Part shown: in pieces, positions 6,831 through 16,110 of the stretch
Layout: each line of letters opens with the position of its first letter
Numbering within the stretch: position 1 is the first letter of the stretch
IMG/VR virus record: IMGVR_UViG_3300042387_001967
Reading direction: 5' to 3' (one strand)
Origin: a virus
Length of the DNA: 64,000 nucleotides
Program-made: the position numbers and the translations under genes
Notes under the pieces: generated by a model
Told to the model about the DNA's origin: nothing
The model's input: the letters and a program-made list of their open reading frames with translations, nothing else
Databases searched by the model: none

Positions 6831-9353
6831 TCATTCTGGGATCTCGATCAGGTCACTGAAGGCGTCGATGAGCGTCGGGGAGTGGTCGCAGACGATCATC
6901 TGCAGCGTGCCCTCTTCGCCGATCTTCCGGAGCATGTCCGCCATAGCGCGTTTGGCTTCTTCGTCCAGATGCGTGGTCGGCTCGTCCAGCGACAGGAGTC
7001 CCACGTTTGGCATGATCATCGCGTGCAGCGCGCGCAGCGTAGCCACGGCCAGGCGCACCTTCTGGCCGCCTGACATGCGGCTTTGCGGCATCCAGGCCTC
7101 GTCCGCGCGGTCAGTGCGGAGGAAGTCATAGGACAGCGGCAGCTCCTCGCTCGCCGAGACCATGAAGTCCGCGCCGCTCTCCGCCAGATAATCCCCGGCC
7201 AGTTGTGCGATCTGCCCGAACTTGTAGTTCAGGAATTCGAGGCTGGCGCCGTTCGGTCGGAACGTGTCGCGCAGCATCTCCAGATCCTTGGCGAGCGCCA
7301 GGCGCGTCTTCTGTTCCGCGGTCCGAAGGTCGAGCTCGTCGATCTTGCGGCTCGCCGCCTTCATCGACTCGTTGGCGGCGTCGTGCCGTCCGCGGGCCTC
7401 GTCGAGGGTCTGCTGCGCCTTCTCGAGTTCGGTCAGTTTGCTCTGCACCATCTGCTGCGTCAGCACCGGGGCACCGTCGCTCGGGAAGAATCCCAGCGGC
7501 ACATCAGCAAGCAATTTGTGCAGGCTGTCGTGCGCGGCTTCCATGCTGCGCTGCGCGGCGTCGACTTCCGCGATCTGCTTCTGTACAGTCTCCACTGCGT
7601 CGCTGGTGCTCTTGGCTTTCTCGGCGGCGTCGTGAAGCATTGCACCGTCGATCAGCGCGCGCCACGGCGCGTCTTTCAGCGCTTGCGCCTGGCTCGCCTC
7701 TTGCGCGACCAGATTGTCGATCTCGTGCTGCGTCGGCTCCGTCTTGCCTTTGACAGCGACCCTGTAGCGGTCCACGACCTGCGTGAGACGCGCGTGCTCG
7801 TGCGCCTTGGCGTGCCACGCCTGCAGCTTTGCCGTCGCTTCATTCAGCCCCTGCTGTGTCGTCTCCCTGGTAGTCAGCGACGTTTCAATCTGCAGCCGCC
7901 TCCGGTCGTTCAGGTGCTTTGCCAGCGCGTCAGCCAGCGTCGCGTGCGCGCGTTGCAACGCGCCCGCATCCTTCTGCTTCGCGCGAAGAGCGTCGCCGCT
8001 GACCACCCCCTTGTCCTCGGCCTTTTTCAACTGCCCCTCGAGGTCTGTGATTTCCTTGCGCAGATGCTCTGGGTCAGGAGGCGTCGTGCCGCCACAAAGC
8101 GGACAGTGATCCGCGTGTCCCCCGCCGACTTCGAGTCCACGCAGAAGATCACGCCGCATCTGCAGAGCATTGCGAATCAGAACGTATGACTCCCGGTTGG
8201 CGTCATACGCAGTCTGCAAGGCCGTGACGACTTCTGTGCCCGCGGTCACCTTCTCCTCTGCCTCTCTCTCGCTCGCAGTCGCGCCGGGGATGGATGTCGT
8301 CAGCGTGTCCAGGTCGTCGAACTTCTTCAGCATCGCCTCGGCGCGTTTGACGGACGACTCGGGACTGTCGCCCAGCTCTCCGGCCTCTTTCAGCTTTGCT
8401 TCCGCGTCTGCGAGTTCCGCGAACTGTTGCTTGAGCCCGCGCGCGCTGAGCAGAGCCAGGTCCGTCTTGGACTGGTCTGCGCTGGCTTGCAGATTCGCCT
8501 GCTTGCGCTGCGTCAAACTGGTCAGCTTCTTCTGCCACTCTTGTTGCTGCTGGCGCGCGTTGACGAGCCACAGGGCAGCGTCCTCGCCCGCTGGGACGTG
8601 CTGCTGCAGTTGCGTCTTGGCCGCTGTCGCGGCATCCTCCGCCGCCGCAACCGCGCTGTGTTGGGACGAAACATTGCGGACCAGCGCCAGATACTCGGCA
8701 GGCGAAGGCAACCCTTTCATCTCCGACTCGCAGGTCTCGAAGAAACGGCGGGCCTCTTCGTAGGTCGCCTGGGCGGCGTCGCGCACCGCGCCGAGATCCT
8801 GGACGCTGCTCGCGACGGTTTCCCGATGCGTCTCGATCACGTTGGCAATCTTCGCGAGGTGCCCCAGCATGAGCAGTTTGGTGTAGAACTCCCGGCGGTC
8901 AGTCTCGAGCCCGAACATGTTGGCCATCTCGCCCTGCCGGATGAACACCGTGGAGTTGATGGCCTTTTTGTCGACGCCGAGGATGTCGAACATGATGCTG
9001 CTGACCTCTGCGTCGGACGTGATGGGCTTCTCGGCCCCGTCCCACCACAGCTTCCTGGTCACTGTCGTGCGCGTGATGCGCCGCTGGATCTTGCCTACCT
9101 TGCCGTCCGCCACGAACTCCAGCGTCACCTCGGCCGCGGCCGGCGGATTTTCGCCGCTCGACCGGCGGATGAATGCGCGCAGCGGGTCCGGGTGGTCGAT
9201 GGTGCCGGTGAGTCCGAATTGAATGGCCTGCAGCACAGTCGATTTGCCGCGCCCGTTGGGGCCGGCCAAGCCGACGACGCAGCCCTGCAGTTTGCTTTTG
9301 ATCGAGTGATGCCGACCGAAGTCGGTGATCTCGATGGATGTGATTTTGATCAT
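6831..9353 (-). CDS. sbcC: Rad50/SbcC (T4 gp46-like) SMC-family ATPase
   Basis: Walker A GPNGRGKST, coiled coils with zinc hook CPLC, signature MSGGQ, Walker B/D-loop LSLDEPTTHLD, H-loop CDH. Confidence 0.95.
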   Translation of the reverse strand: MIKITSIEITDFGRHHSIKSKLQGCVVGLAGPNGRGKSTVLQAIQFGLTGTIDHPDPLRAFIRRSSGENPPAAAEVTLEFVADGKVGKIQRRITRTTVTRKLWWDGAEKPITSDAEVSSIMFDILGVDKKAINSTVFIRQGEMANMFGLETDRREFYTKLLMLGHLAKIANVIETHRETVASSVQDLGAVRDAAQATYEEARRFFETCESEMKGLPSPAEYLALVRNVSSQHSAVAAAEDAATAAKTQLQQHVPAGEDAALWLVNARQQQQEWQKKLTSLTQRKQANLQASADQSKTDLALLSARGLKQQFAELADAEAKLKEAGELGDSPESSVKRAEAMLKKFDDLDTLTTSIPGATASEREAEEKVTAGTEVVTALQTAYDANRESYVLIRNALQMRRDLLRGLEVGGGHADHCPLCGGTTPPDPEHLRKEITDLEGQLKKAEDKGVVSGDALRAKQKDAGALQRAHATLADALAKHLNDRRRLQIETSLTTRETTQQGLNEATAKLQAWHAKAHEHARLTQVVDRYRVAVKGKTEPTQHEIDNLVAQEASQAQALKDAPWRALIDGAMLHDAAEKAKSTSDAVETVQKQIAEVDAAQRSMEAAHDSLHKLLADVPLGFFPSDGAPVLTQQMVQSKLTELEKAQQTLDEARGRHDAANESMKAASRKIDELDLRTAEQKTRLALAKDLEMLRDTFRPNGASLEFLNYKFGQIAQLAGDYLAESGADFMVSASEELPLSYDFLRTDRADEAWMPQSRMSGGQKVRLAVATLRALHAMIMPNVGLLSLDEPTTHLDEEAKRAMADMLRKIGEEGTLQMIVCDHSPTLIDAFSDLIEIPE

Positions 9354-9366
9354 GTAATGAGTATGG

Positions 9367-9927
9367 CTAGAAAGGACAATTTGGGTCGTCCGGGATGGTG
9401 TATTCGCCGCTGTCCTTTTCATCTAAGACGTCGGACTCCTCTCGGTTGTCCATCGCCAGGTATTTCGCATTCCTCTCCTGGATGTCGTCGCGTTTGCGTT
9501 CCAGCATGTGCTGCACGTGCTCTGGCAGGTAGCGCTCCTGATGCGATTTCCATGAGTTCAGCTCCACCGTCACCACGCGCATGTTGCCCTCCTCGTAGCC
9601 GAGCGTCGGATTCACGCGGTCGATCGTCAGCACCGAATCGTCGCCCTCTTTTTTGGAATACAGACCGAAGGCGTCCACCAACCCTCGCCAGTAGTCCAGC
9701 GTGATCCTGAACGGTATTTTCCGCTCGGCCGCGTGGTCACGCAGCGTGCAGTAGTCCGCGGTTTTCTTCTGCTGCGCACGCCAACGCCGCATCTCGTGCA
9801 TGTGACACAGACACCGATCGTCCCGCGACGCGCGCCGGCAGCCTTTTACCCAGCACAGTCCGTCGCCGGAATTCCCCTTGAACTCGAAGAATCCTTCGGC
9901 AAGCAGAGCTGCGCTGGGTTTCGGCAT
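9367..9927 (-). CDS. HNH-like (His-Me finger) homing endonuclease
   Basis: TIDRVNPTLGYEEGNMRVVTVELNSWK matches the DR(I/V)D..GY..GN..N..K pattern; N-terminal Cys/His cluster. Confidence 0.75.
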   Translation of the reverse strand: MPKPSAALLAEGFFEFKGNSGDGLCWVKGCRRASRDDRCLCHMHEMRRWRAQQKKTADYCTLRDHAAERKIPFRITLDYWRGLVDAFGLYSKKEGDDSVLTIDRVNPTLGYEEGNMRVVTVELNSWKSHQERYLPEHVQHMLERKRDDIQERNAKYLAMDNREESDVLDEKDSGEYTIPDDPNCPF

Positions 9928-9933
9928 GTCAGC

Positions 9934-11142
9934 CTATTCTTCATTTTCCCTGACGTCTGCTGCGACTAGGCGAGCCTCGATCAGATCTGCCACGATATTG
10001 CTGGCGTCGCTCTCGCCCCGGTGCAGGAGATCCAGCGCCGTCTTCTGCAGGTCTTCCCGGTCCTTGAATCGCTGACTCACGAAGTATTCCATCGTGAACT
10101 CCTTCTCGGAGTCCGGTGAATCTTTGACTCTCGCCGGATGCGCCTGCGTGTTGGGCAGCGGGTAGCACCGTATGACCGCGCGCTGGGCGTCCAGCATCGA
10201 GTGCAGCCGGTTGATCGTCTGCGGAAACTGCCGGTCGAACTGCACGACCGCCACAGGATGCTGCGCGGCCACCGGCTCGATACGCAGCATGAGCGCGTCG
10301 AGGTCCTCGGCGGTGCGCACCTCCGCGTTGATGAACGGACGGGTGTGAATCGGAATCGTCTCCTTCAGGACAGCGCCCTCGGCGGTCAGCCGGATGATCG
10401 GCACAGACTTGCCGATCGGCTCGCCGGCGTTGCACATCTCGGTCGACCCCGGGTAACCGATCAGGCACTTGCCTCCGCCGGGACGGTCCAGCTGCTGGAA
10501 CCCCTGCAGGTGGATGTCGCCGAGCAGCCAGGCCTTGTTGTGCTTCGAGATTGGCAGCTCGGATACGTGCAGCGGGTCCGGTGTGTGAATCGGAAACTTC
10601 ACCACTCCGTCGATGAGTCCGTGGAACAGCACGACATCTGCCTGCCGCGCCCGCACGGTGATGTTCGCCAAGTCGCCGCGGAAGCTGGCTGCGGTGTGCG
10701 GCGTGAGCCCCACGATGCGGTAGCCACGGAAGACGACGCTGGAGTCGTCCAACGGCACGATGCCTGTCTCACCTTCAAATAGCGTCTCGGTGTCGTCGTC
10801 CGTCAGATTTAACGCGCGCCCCGGAAACAGCGTCTGCAGCCACGTGGGCGTGCTCCAGTCGTGGTTGCCGGTGATGGTGAATGCCACCTTCCCGGCGCTC
10901 CGGATCATCTGGTCGATGTGCATCAGCTGCCCGATTACCTGCGGGCTCGGCCGCGGGCGGTCGAAGATGTCGCCGGTGATGCAGATGATGTCCGCGTGCT
11001 TCAGCGCCGCCTCGACTGCATTACGGAAGCCGTCGTAGAAGTCCTGGCCCCGACGGGCAGCCGCGTATTGTGAGTCTCGCAGGTGGGTGTCACCGATAAG
11101 TGCGATCAGAAGATCGCTGTTTGGGGTCGCATTTTTTGCCAT
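9934..11142 (-). CDS. sbcD: Mre11/SbcD (T4 gp47-like) metallophosphoesterase nuclease
   Basis: Motifs GDTH, GDIFD, GNHD, FHG, GDIH; adjacent to Rad50. Confidence 0.92.
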   Translation of the reverse strand: MAKNATPNSDLLIALIGDTHLRDSQYAAARRGQDFYDGFRNAVEAALKHADIICITGDIFDRPRPSPQVIGQLMHIDQMIRSAGKVAFTITGNHDWSTPTWLQTLFPGRALNLTDDDTETLFEGETGIVPLDDSSVVFRGYRIVGLTPHTAASFRGDLANITVRARQADVVLFHGLIDGVVKFPIHTPDPLHVSELPISKHNKAWLLGDIHLQGFQQLDRPGGGKCLIGYPGSTEMCNAGEPIGKSVPIIRLTAEGAVLKETIPIHTRPFINAEVRTAEDLDALMLRIEPVAAQHPVAVVQFDRQFPQTINRLHSMLDAQRAVIRCYPLPNTQAHPARVKDSPDSEKEFTMEYFVSQRFKDREDLQKTALDLLHRGESDASNIVADLIEARLVAADVRENEE

Positions 11143-11873
11143 TTTTCAGTAGGGTAAATTTTGGAAGCCGCTTCAGCCAATTCTTCGCGAGCCCCCTTGA
11201 GGAGAGCGCGCGCCGCGCCTGCGAGTGCATCACAAATCGCCTGCCCGTCCACGACATTACGCGGGCGGCACATGGGCGTGATGCAAACGTGCTTGGCCAT
11301 GAACGACCAACGCATCCACAGATCACGCTCCTTCAGCCGGGACATCAGCGGGTCGCCATCCTCGTTGTAGAGGAACGCGTGGGCGAGACTGCTGCGATCG
11401 GTGTACCAGAGAATCGAGACCCGGTCAGGTCCCGTGAATTGGTTCAGGATTCCCTCGGTGCCGATTTTGTAAAGCTCCGCGGAGTCAGTCGTCTGCTCCT
11501 GAAGCTCCCGCCCGCGCTCTGTCAGGATGGAGTGCACGCCATCCAGCAGGGCGCTGAACTCCGATCGGCTGACCGTGGACCCATAGGTGCCAGCGACGTA
11601 GCAACCGCGCGACACCGGCGCCCTGACCTCGCCGATCAGATCGATACGCTCCCAGACGGCCGCGTAGCCGCCCCATCCCTCGGTGCAGCCGGAGCCGTCG
11701 GTGTAGAGGACGCAGTCGTGCTCGTAAGGATCCGGGGCGACATCTTCGAGCCACTCGAACACGTCGGCGTAGCGCTCCTTGATCAGCTCACCGTCGACGG
11801 TCAGGTTATCCCACCAGGACGTCTCTTTTCGCCACTTGTGTTTGTTCCAGGTGTCACGGTTGTGGTGAGTCAT
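11106..11873 (-). CDS. ribonuclease HI-like protein
   Basis: YTDGS...GGYAAV...GT..RSEFSALL...YTD...CDALA; all four acidic residues (D,E,D,D) present. Confidence 0.8.
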   Translation of the reverse strand: MTHHNRDTWNKHKWRKETSWWDNLTVDGELIKERYADVFEWLEDVAPDPYEHDCVLYTDGSGCTEGWGGYAAVWERIDLIGEVRAPVSRGCYVAGTYGSTVSRSEFSALLDGVHSILTERGRELQEQTTDSAELYKIGTEGILNQFTGPDRVSILWYTDRSSLAHAFLYNEDGDPLMSRLKERDLWMRWSFMAKHVCITPMCRPRNVVDGQAICDALAGAARALLKGAREELAEAASKIYPTEKWQKMRPQTAIF

Positions 11874-12495
11874 CGTCGTCCGCTTCTGGAGTCCTCACGT
11901 TTCCGGCCGTCTCCTTTTCGTGCTGCTGCGCCGCGTCCAGAACGCTGCCGTTCGCGTCCTCTCCTTGTGGTAATTTCGGCACGGCGGGTGCGGTGGTCTC
12001 GACCGCCGTGATCAGGCGCCGGCTGGCAATTCGCTTCAGAGAGCCGACGTTCTGATGTTCCGCTTCTTCCATGAACGCAGCGATGAGAGGGCCGGCCATC
12101 TTGTCCGCCACCTCCTGCTGAATCTGCGCTTGAGCATGCGGTCGCATCTTGTCGCTCAGCATACCGGGCATGGATGATGTGCCAGTGACCTGCGTGAACG
12201 GCTGGTCGGCCCCGCGCACAATGCGGATGTCCCAGTAGATGCGGATGTCGCTGTCGTTGACCCCGACGACGCCCGAGTGGAAATCGATCAGCGGACGTTC
12301 GCGGTCCAGCAGCCTGGCGTTGAGTTCGTTGGCCTCCTGGATGGCCTTGACCGCGCTCTGCAGTGCGGCCAAGACATCGACGGACGGCGCGTCAGGCGTT
12401 GAATTTCGCCCGGATTTCTTCTGCTTCGCTTTCGACTGGTTCGGTGGGTGGTGATTGCTCATTTTGAATATCGCGTAGTTTCTCGCCTTGCTCAC
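11854..12495 (-). CDS. hypothetical protein
   Basis: 213 aa ORF overlapping the start of the RNase H-like gene; start may be MSNHHP at 12462. Confidence 0.65.
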   Translation of the reverse strand: MSKARNYAIFKMSNHHPPNQSKAKQKKSGRNSTPDAPSVDVLAALQSAVKAIQEANELNARLLDRERPLIDFHSGVVGVNDSDIRIYWDIRIVRGADQPFTQVTGTSSMPGMLSDKMRPHAQAQIQQEVADKMAGPLIAAFMEEAEHQNVGSLKRIASRRLITAVETTAPAVPKLPQGEDANGSVLDAAQQHEKETAGNVRTPEADDDDSPQP

Positions 12496-12584
12496 GCGTC
12501 CAGATCAAATAGAGTGACGTGCGTGCTTTTCCGAACCTGTCCGCACGTTCGTTTTCCAACAACACCGTCGATTTTGATTGAGCC

Positions 12585-13019
12585 ATGTTAGCGCAAGGTG
12601 AATTTATTTATGATTTGATGAACGCCTTGAGGAGAGACCCTCAGCGGGCGGCAAAGGTGTCCGCCGCTCTGCAGCGCATGGACACGGTAACGGCGGCCGT
12701 GGCGGATGGCAAGGCCACACGCAGCGACATCGCCAAGATCGAGGCTGAGATCGTCCCGCTGTGCGGTTTCAACTTCGGCCTTCTCATTCCTCGATTCTTC
12801 CCGCGTTACCCATTCGAGAAGCCGCTCGACCTGAGCGCGCGCCCGTTCATGTATGCCATGACCGCGCTGGCGCCGGGCAGCGTCGTCACCCTAAAGGCTG
12901 GACGTCAGGTCGGGAAATGCGCCGACGGCGACACCACGGTCGTCACCGACCGCGGCGTCGCCACGTTGCACGACATCTTCGCGGAGGGGATCCCAGTTCA
13001 GGCCAGCATCGTGCGATAG
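12585..13019 (+). CDS. terL: terminase large subunit N-fragment plus 33-aa N-intein
   Basis: Ends ...LKAGRQVGK|CADGDTTVVTDRGVATLHDIF...; Walker A cut after Lys, followed by intein block A (C1 at 12918). Confidence 0.88.
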   Translation: MLAQGEFIYDLMNALRRDPQRAAKVSAALQRMDTVTAAVADGKATRSDIAKIEAEIVPLCGFNFGLLIPRFFPRYPFEKPLDLSARPFMYAMTALAPGSVVTLKAGRQVGKCADGDTTVVTDRGVATLHDIFAEGIPVQASIVR

Positions 13020-13960
13020 CTGCGAATGGCTTCTGCTCCGTGGATCTCGACGTATGACGGGTCGAACACTTCCGCCTCCGCAGGCGTGTAGATCAGCCCG
13101 TCCTTCAGCTTGTCGATCAGGTGCTGCGAGAACCGGTAGCGGACGCCGGGCGAAGCGAGCATCCACTTCGACTGCAGCGTGAGGATCATCTCGCCGGACA
13201 TCCCGGCTGCGAATCCGCAATCCCGCAGCAGATCGGTGATGTAGTTTTCCCGGATGCGCGCGAAACGATCCGCCAGCGTCTCGAAGTGGTGTCTGGCGCT
13301 CAGCGGCCAGCTTTTCTTCAGCCACTTGTGGCGCTCGAGGTAGATGTCCTGCATGCTCGGGGACAGGGCGCTCACGTCGGCGTAGAGGCAGGACACTCCG
13401 CAGGTCCACATCTTGTGCTCGCCGACGTAGAACTGATCAAGGTCCGCCTTGCCCGATTCCATGATCATGCGGCGGCAGAGCATGCCGAAGTTGGAATGAT
13501 CCGCGGCGCTGGCTCCGGCGTGATCCTCCGCGCACGCCAGCAGCGACAGCTGCGGTTGACGCAGCGCGGTCCGCATCTGCTGCAGCAGGATGCTACGGTC
13601 AATCTGCAGCGCCGTTGCGTCCGGGCCCGTATATGGGTATTCCGGCTTCGGCAACTTCTTGCTCAGCTTTCCGGCTGCGTCATACATCTCGACGATCCGC
13701 TCGTCGCGACGCAGGAAGAACGCATCGCTCTCGTCTTTCCTCGCTGCCTTGCGCATCCATATTTCGGCGTCTTCGACGTCGATTCGGTAGATGGTGATGT
13801 CCGGCCTGCCCGGGTCGTTGCTGGCGGCCTGGACGCTGACGAGTCCTGCGAGGAACGGGGATGGACGCGGAGTCCATTGCTGCTTTTTTGGTAGTTTCTG
13901 AGTGGTGTTCAAATGGTTGAGTTGTGGACGACCATACAGCGTGGAGACGGCGGACGGCAA
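12998..13960 (-). CDS. orphan gene between the two terminase fragments
   Basis: 320 aa ORF with coding-like codon bias; overlaps the N-fragment stop convergently by 22 bp; start uncertain. Confidence 0.7.
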   Translation of the reverse strand: MPSAVSTLYGRPQLNHLNTTQKLPKKQQWTPRPSPFLAGLVSVQAASNDPGRPDITIYRIDVEDAEIWMRKAARKDESDAFFLRRDERIVEMYDAAGKLSKKLPKPEYPYTGPDATALQIDRSILLQQMRTALRQPQLSLLACAEDHAGASAADHSNFGMLCRRMIMESGKADLDQFYVGEHKMWTCGVSCLYADVSALSPSMQDIYLERHKWLKKSWPLSARHHFETLADRFARIRENYITDLLRDCGFAAGMSGEMILTLQSKWMLASPGVRYRFSQHLIDKLKDGLIYTPAEAEVFDPSYVEIHGAEAIRSYRTMLA

Positions 13961-14098
13961 GTCCGTGGATGTCTTCGCTGCCCCTTCGTCCGTAATGGGG
14001 AATAATGCGCGCGGTCGTTCCGTGCCGACCGTGTTCCTGCGCCTGTTCAGGTGAGCCCCCGCCGCTTGCGCTTGCGGGGATCTTCATCTTGACGCTAT

Positions 14099-16045
14099 TT
14101 GCGATGCGCCTACGATGCCAAACATCGCGTGCTGTTGGAAACCGAAATAGCTGAGGAAAGATCCGTGGAGCATCTCGACTTAAAAGTCGCTGCTCCGGGT
14201 GGTGCTTTTGTGCGTGTCACCCACGTCTGCCGAACCGTGCCGATGCCGGTGTGGCGAATCCTGACGCGAGATTTCGCGTTGGAGTGCGCCGGCAAGCATT
14301 TGGTAAGGAGACTCAGTGGATATGGGCAGGTGGATCAATGCCTGCCCGGTGACTTCATACTGACTCAAGACGGCTGGCAGCCCGTCACTGCATGTGCGCC
14401 GGTGGGTGAGGAACGCGAGATGTTCGACCTCCGTGTGGAGGGCGAGGATCACGCATACTTCACCTCCGGGATTGCCAGCCACAATTCCACGGGCCTCGGG
14501 GCCGCTGAGCTGTTCAAGCTCAGCGTGGTTCCAAATTACCGCTCCATCTACCTGACCCCGCTGAGGGAGCAGAGCAAGACGATGGCGGACAAGCTGCTCA
14601 ACATGCAGCGCGGCTCGATCTGTCCCCCGGCGTATTTCACCTCCCGCGGCTACCGCAACAACATGTATTACAAGGAGTCGCCACAGGGAGGCTCGCTGAA
14701 GCTGATGCACATCCTGACGGACCCGACAAAGATCCGCGGCGAAAGCGTGCCCACCATCATCATCGATGAGAGCCAGGATTTCGACGCCGAGCATCTGCCG
14801 GAAATCGAGCAGGTTCAAAAAGCCTTTCCCGACGATCGTCTGACCGTGTTCGCCGGCACGTCGAAGCATCTCGATACCTGCCTGGAGGCTCAATACAACC
14901 TGGGCAGTCGCGGCGTGTGGCACGTGTATTGTCCGTGTCCGAAGAAGTTCCACTCGCTTGGCGACGCAGAGCTCGTGCCGAAAATGATGGCCTCCGTGGA
15001 AGGCCTGCGCTGCCCGGACAACAAGCACATCAAGCTCAACCCCCTGATGGGGGAGTTCGTCCACGAAGACCGGTCTCGGCTGCGCGTCAACATGCCCAGC
15101 TTCCATCTGCCGCAGGTGATCGTGCCGGAGTATGCCCTCGGAAAGGGCTTCATGGACATCTGGAAGGACTACAAAAAGTATCCTCTCAAGAAGTTCCTGC
15201 AGGAGGTCTGGGGTATCGCAGTCGAGTCCGGGCTGACCGAACTCAACGAGGAAGATTTGAAGCGGTGCTGCACCACCAAGACGTTCGCGCAGACGCAGGA
15301 GGACTGCCTCGCCGGACGTTCGCGCTACATGTATCTGTTCTCCGGCGTGGACTGGGGCGGCTCGGACTGGGAGCCGGCGTATCGCAGCAAACTCTCCTAC
15401 ACGGTGCATACGATTTACGGGATGCGCGGCGACGGGAAGATGGACCTAGTCTACGCCTTCCGCTACTCCGGCATGAACTACCGCGAGATCGCACAGAACA
15501 TCGTCGAGCAGCACAACAAGTATAAGAGCTTCGCGATGGGCACCGACAACGGCGGCGGCGCTTACTACAACGCCTACATGCGGGACTGCGGACGCATCCG
15601 GACGGAATCGATCATTCACTTTCAGTATACCGACACCAAGCTGATGCTGGACCGCATCAAGCACCCGGAGGCGCACATCATGTCGCTGCACCGGTCGGAC
15701 TCCCTCTCGGCTCTGCTTGCCGACATCAAGGACCAGAACATCTCATGGCCACGCTGGGACGAGTCCAGCCCATTCGTGTTGGACTGCCTGAACATCCGGA
15801 GAAACATAGCCGAAGCGCCGTCCGGTCGCACCATCATGCGCTACATCAAGGCTGGGGCGCGGTCGGATGACTTCCTGCAGTCTACCAACTACGCGTGCAT
15901 GATGAAGCGCATCGTGCGCAACGAATCGCTCATCCCGAACAAGCAGATCATGGACGAGCTGCGGACGTTGTTCGGTCTGTCCATCCCGACCGATCTGGCG
16001 TCGCGGATGGGCGACATGTTCGAGGGCGGCTACGTGGGCGGGTAA
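14099..16045 (+). CDS. terL: C-intein (about 129 aa) plus terminase large subunit C-fragment
   Basis: Intein block B LECAGKH, block F/G MFDLRVEG...GIASHN|S (Asn at 14483-14485); then STG..., Walker B IIIDESQD, nuclease motifs GVDWGG and DDFLQS. Confidence 0.9.
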   Translation: MRCAYDAKHRVLLETEIAEERSVEHLDLKVAAPGGAFVRVTHVCRTVPMPVWRILTRDFALECAGKHLVRRLSGYGQVDQCLPGDFILTQDGWQPVTACAPVGEEREMFDLRVEGEDHAYFTSGIASHNSTGLGAAELFKLSVVPNYRSIYLTPLREQSKTMADKLLNMQRGSICPPAYFTSRGYRNNMYYKESPQGGSLKLMHILTDPTKIRGESVPTIIIDESQDFDAEHLPEIEQVQKAFPDDRLTVFAGTSKHLDTCLEAQYNLGSRGVWHVYCPCPKKFHSLGDAELVPKMMASVEGLRCPDNKHIKLNPLMGEFVHEDRSRLRVNMPSFHLPQVIVPEYALGKGFMDIWKDYKKYPLKKFLQEVWGIAVESGLTELNEEDLKRCCTTKTFAQTQEDCLAGRSRYMYLFSGVDWGGSDWEPAYRSKLSYTVHTIYGMRGDGKMDLVYAFRYSGMNYREIAQNIVEQHNKYKSFAMGTDNGGGAYYNAYMRDCGRIRTESIIHFQYTDTKLMLDRIKHPEAHIMSLHRSDSLSALLADIKDQNISWPRWDESSPFVLDCLNIRRNIAEAPSGRTIMRYIKAGARSDDFLQSTNYACMMKRIVRNESLIPNKQIMDELRTLFGLSIPTDLASRMGDMFEGGYVGG

Positions 16046-16071
16046 TTTCTGTAGTAGGTAAAGAAGACGCC

Positions 16072-16097
16072 GGCGCGGCCCCACCTGGGGCCGCGCC
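16072..16097 (-). terminator. intrinsic terminator
   Basis: GGCGCGGCCCC-ACCT-GGGGCCGCGCC between convergent genes; minus-strand tail TCTTCTTT. Confidence 0.75.
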
Positions 16098-16110
16098 ATG
16101 CGCAGACGAC

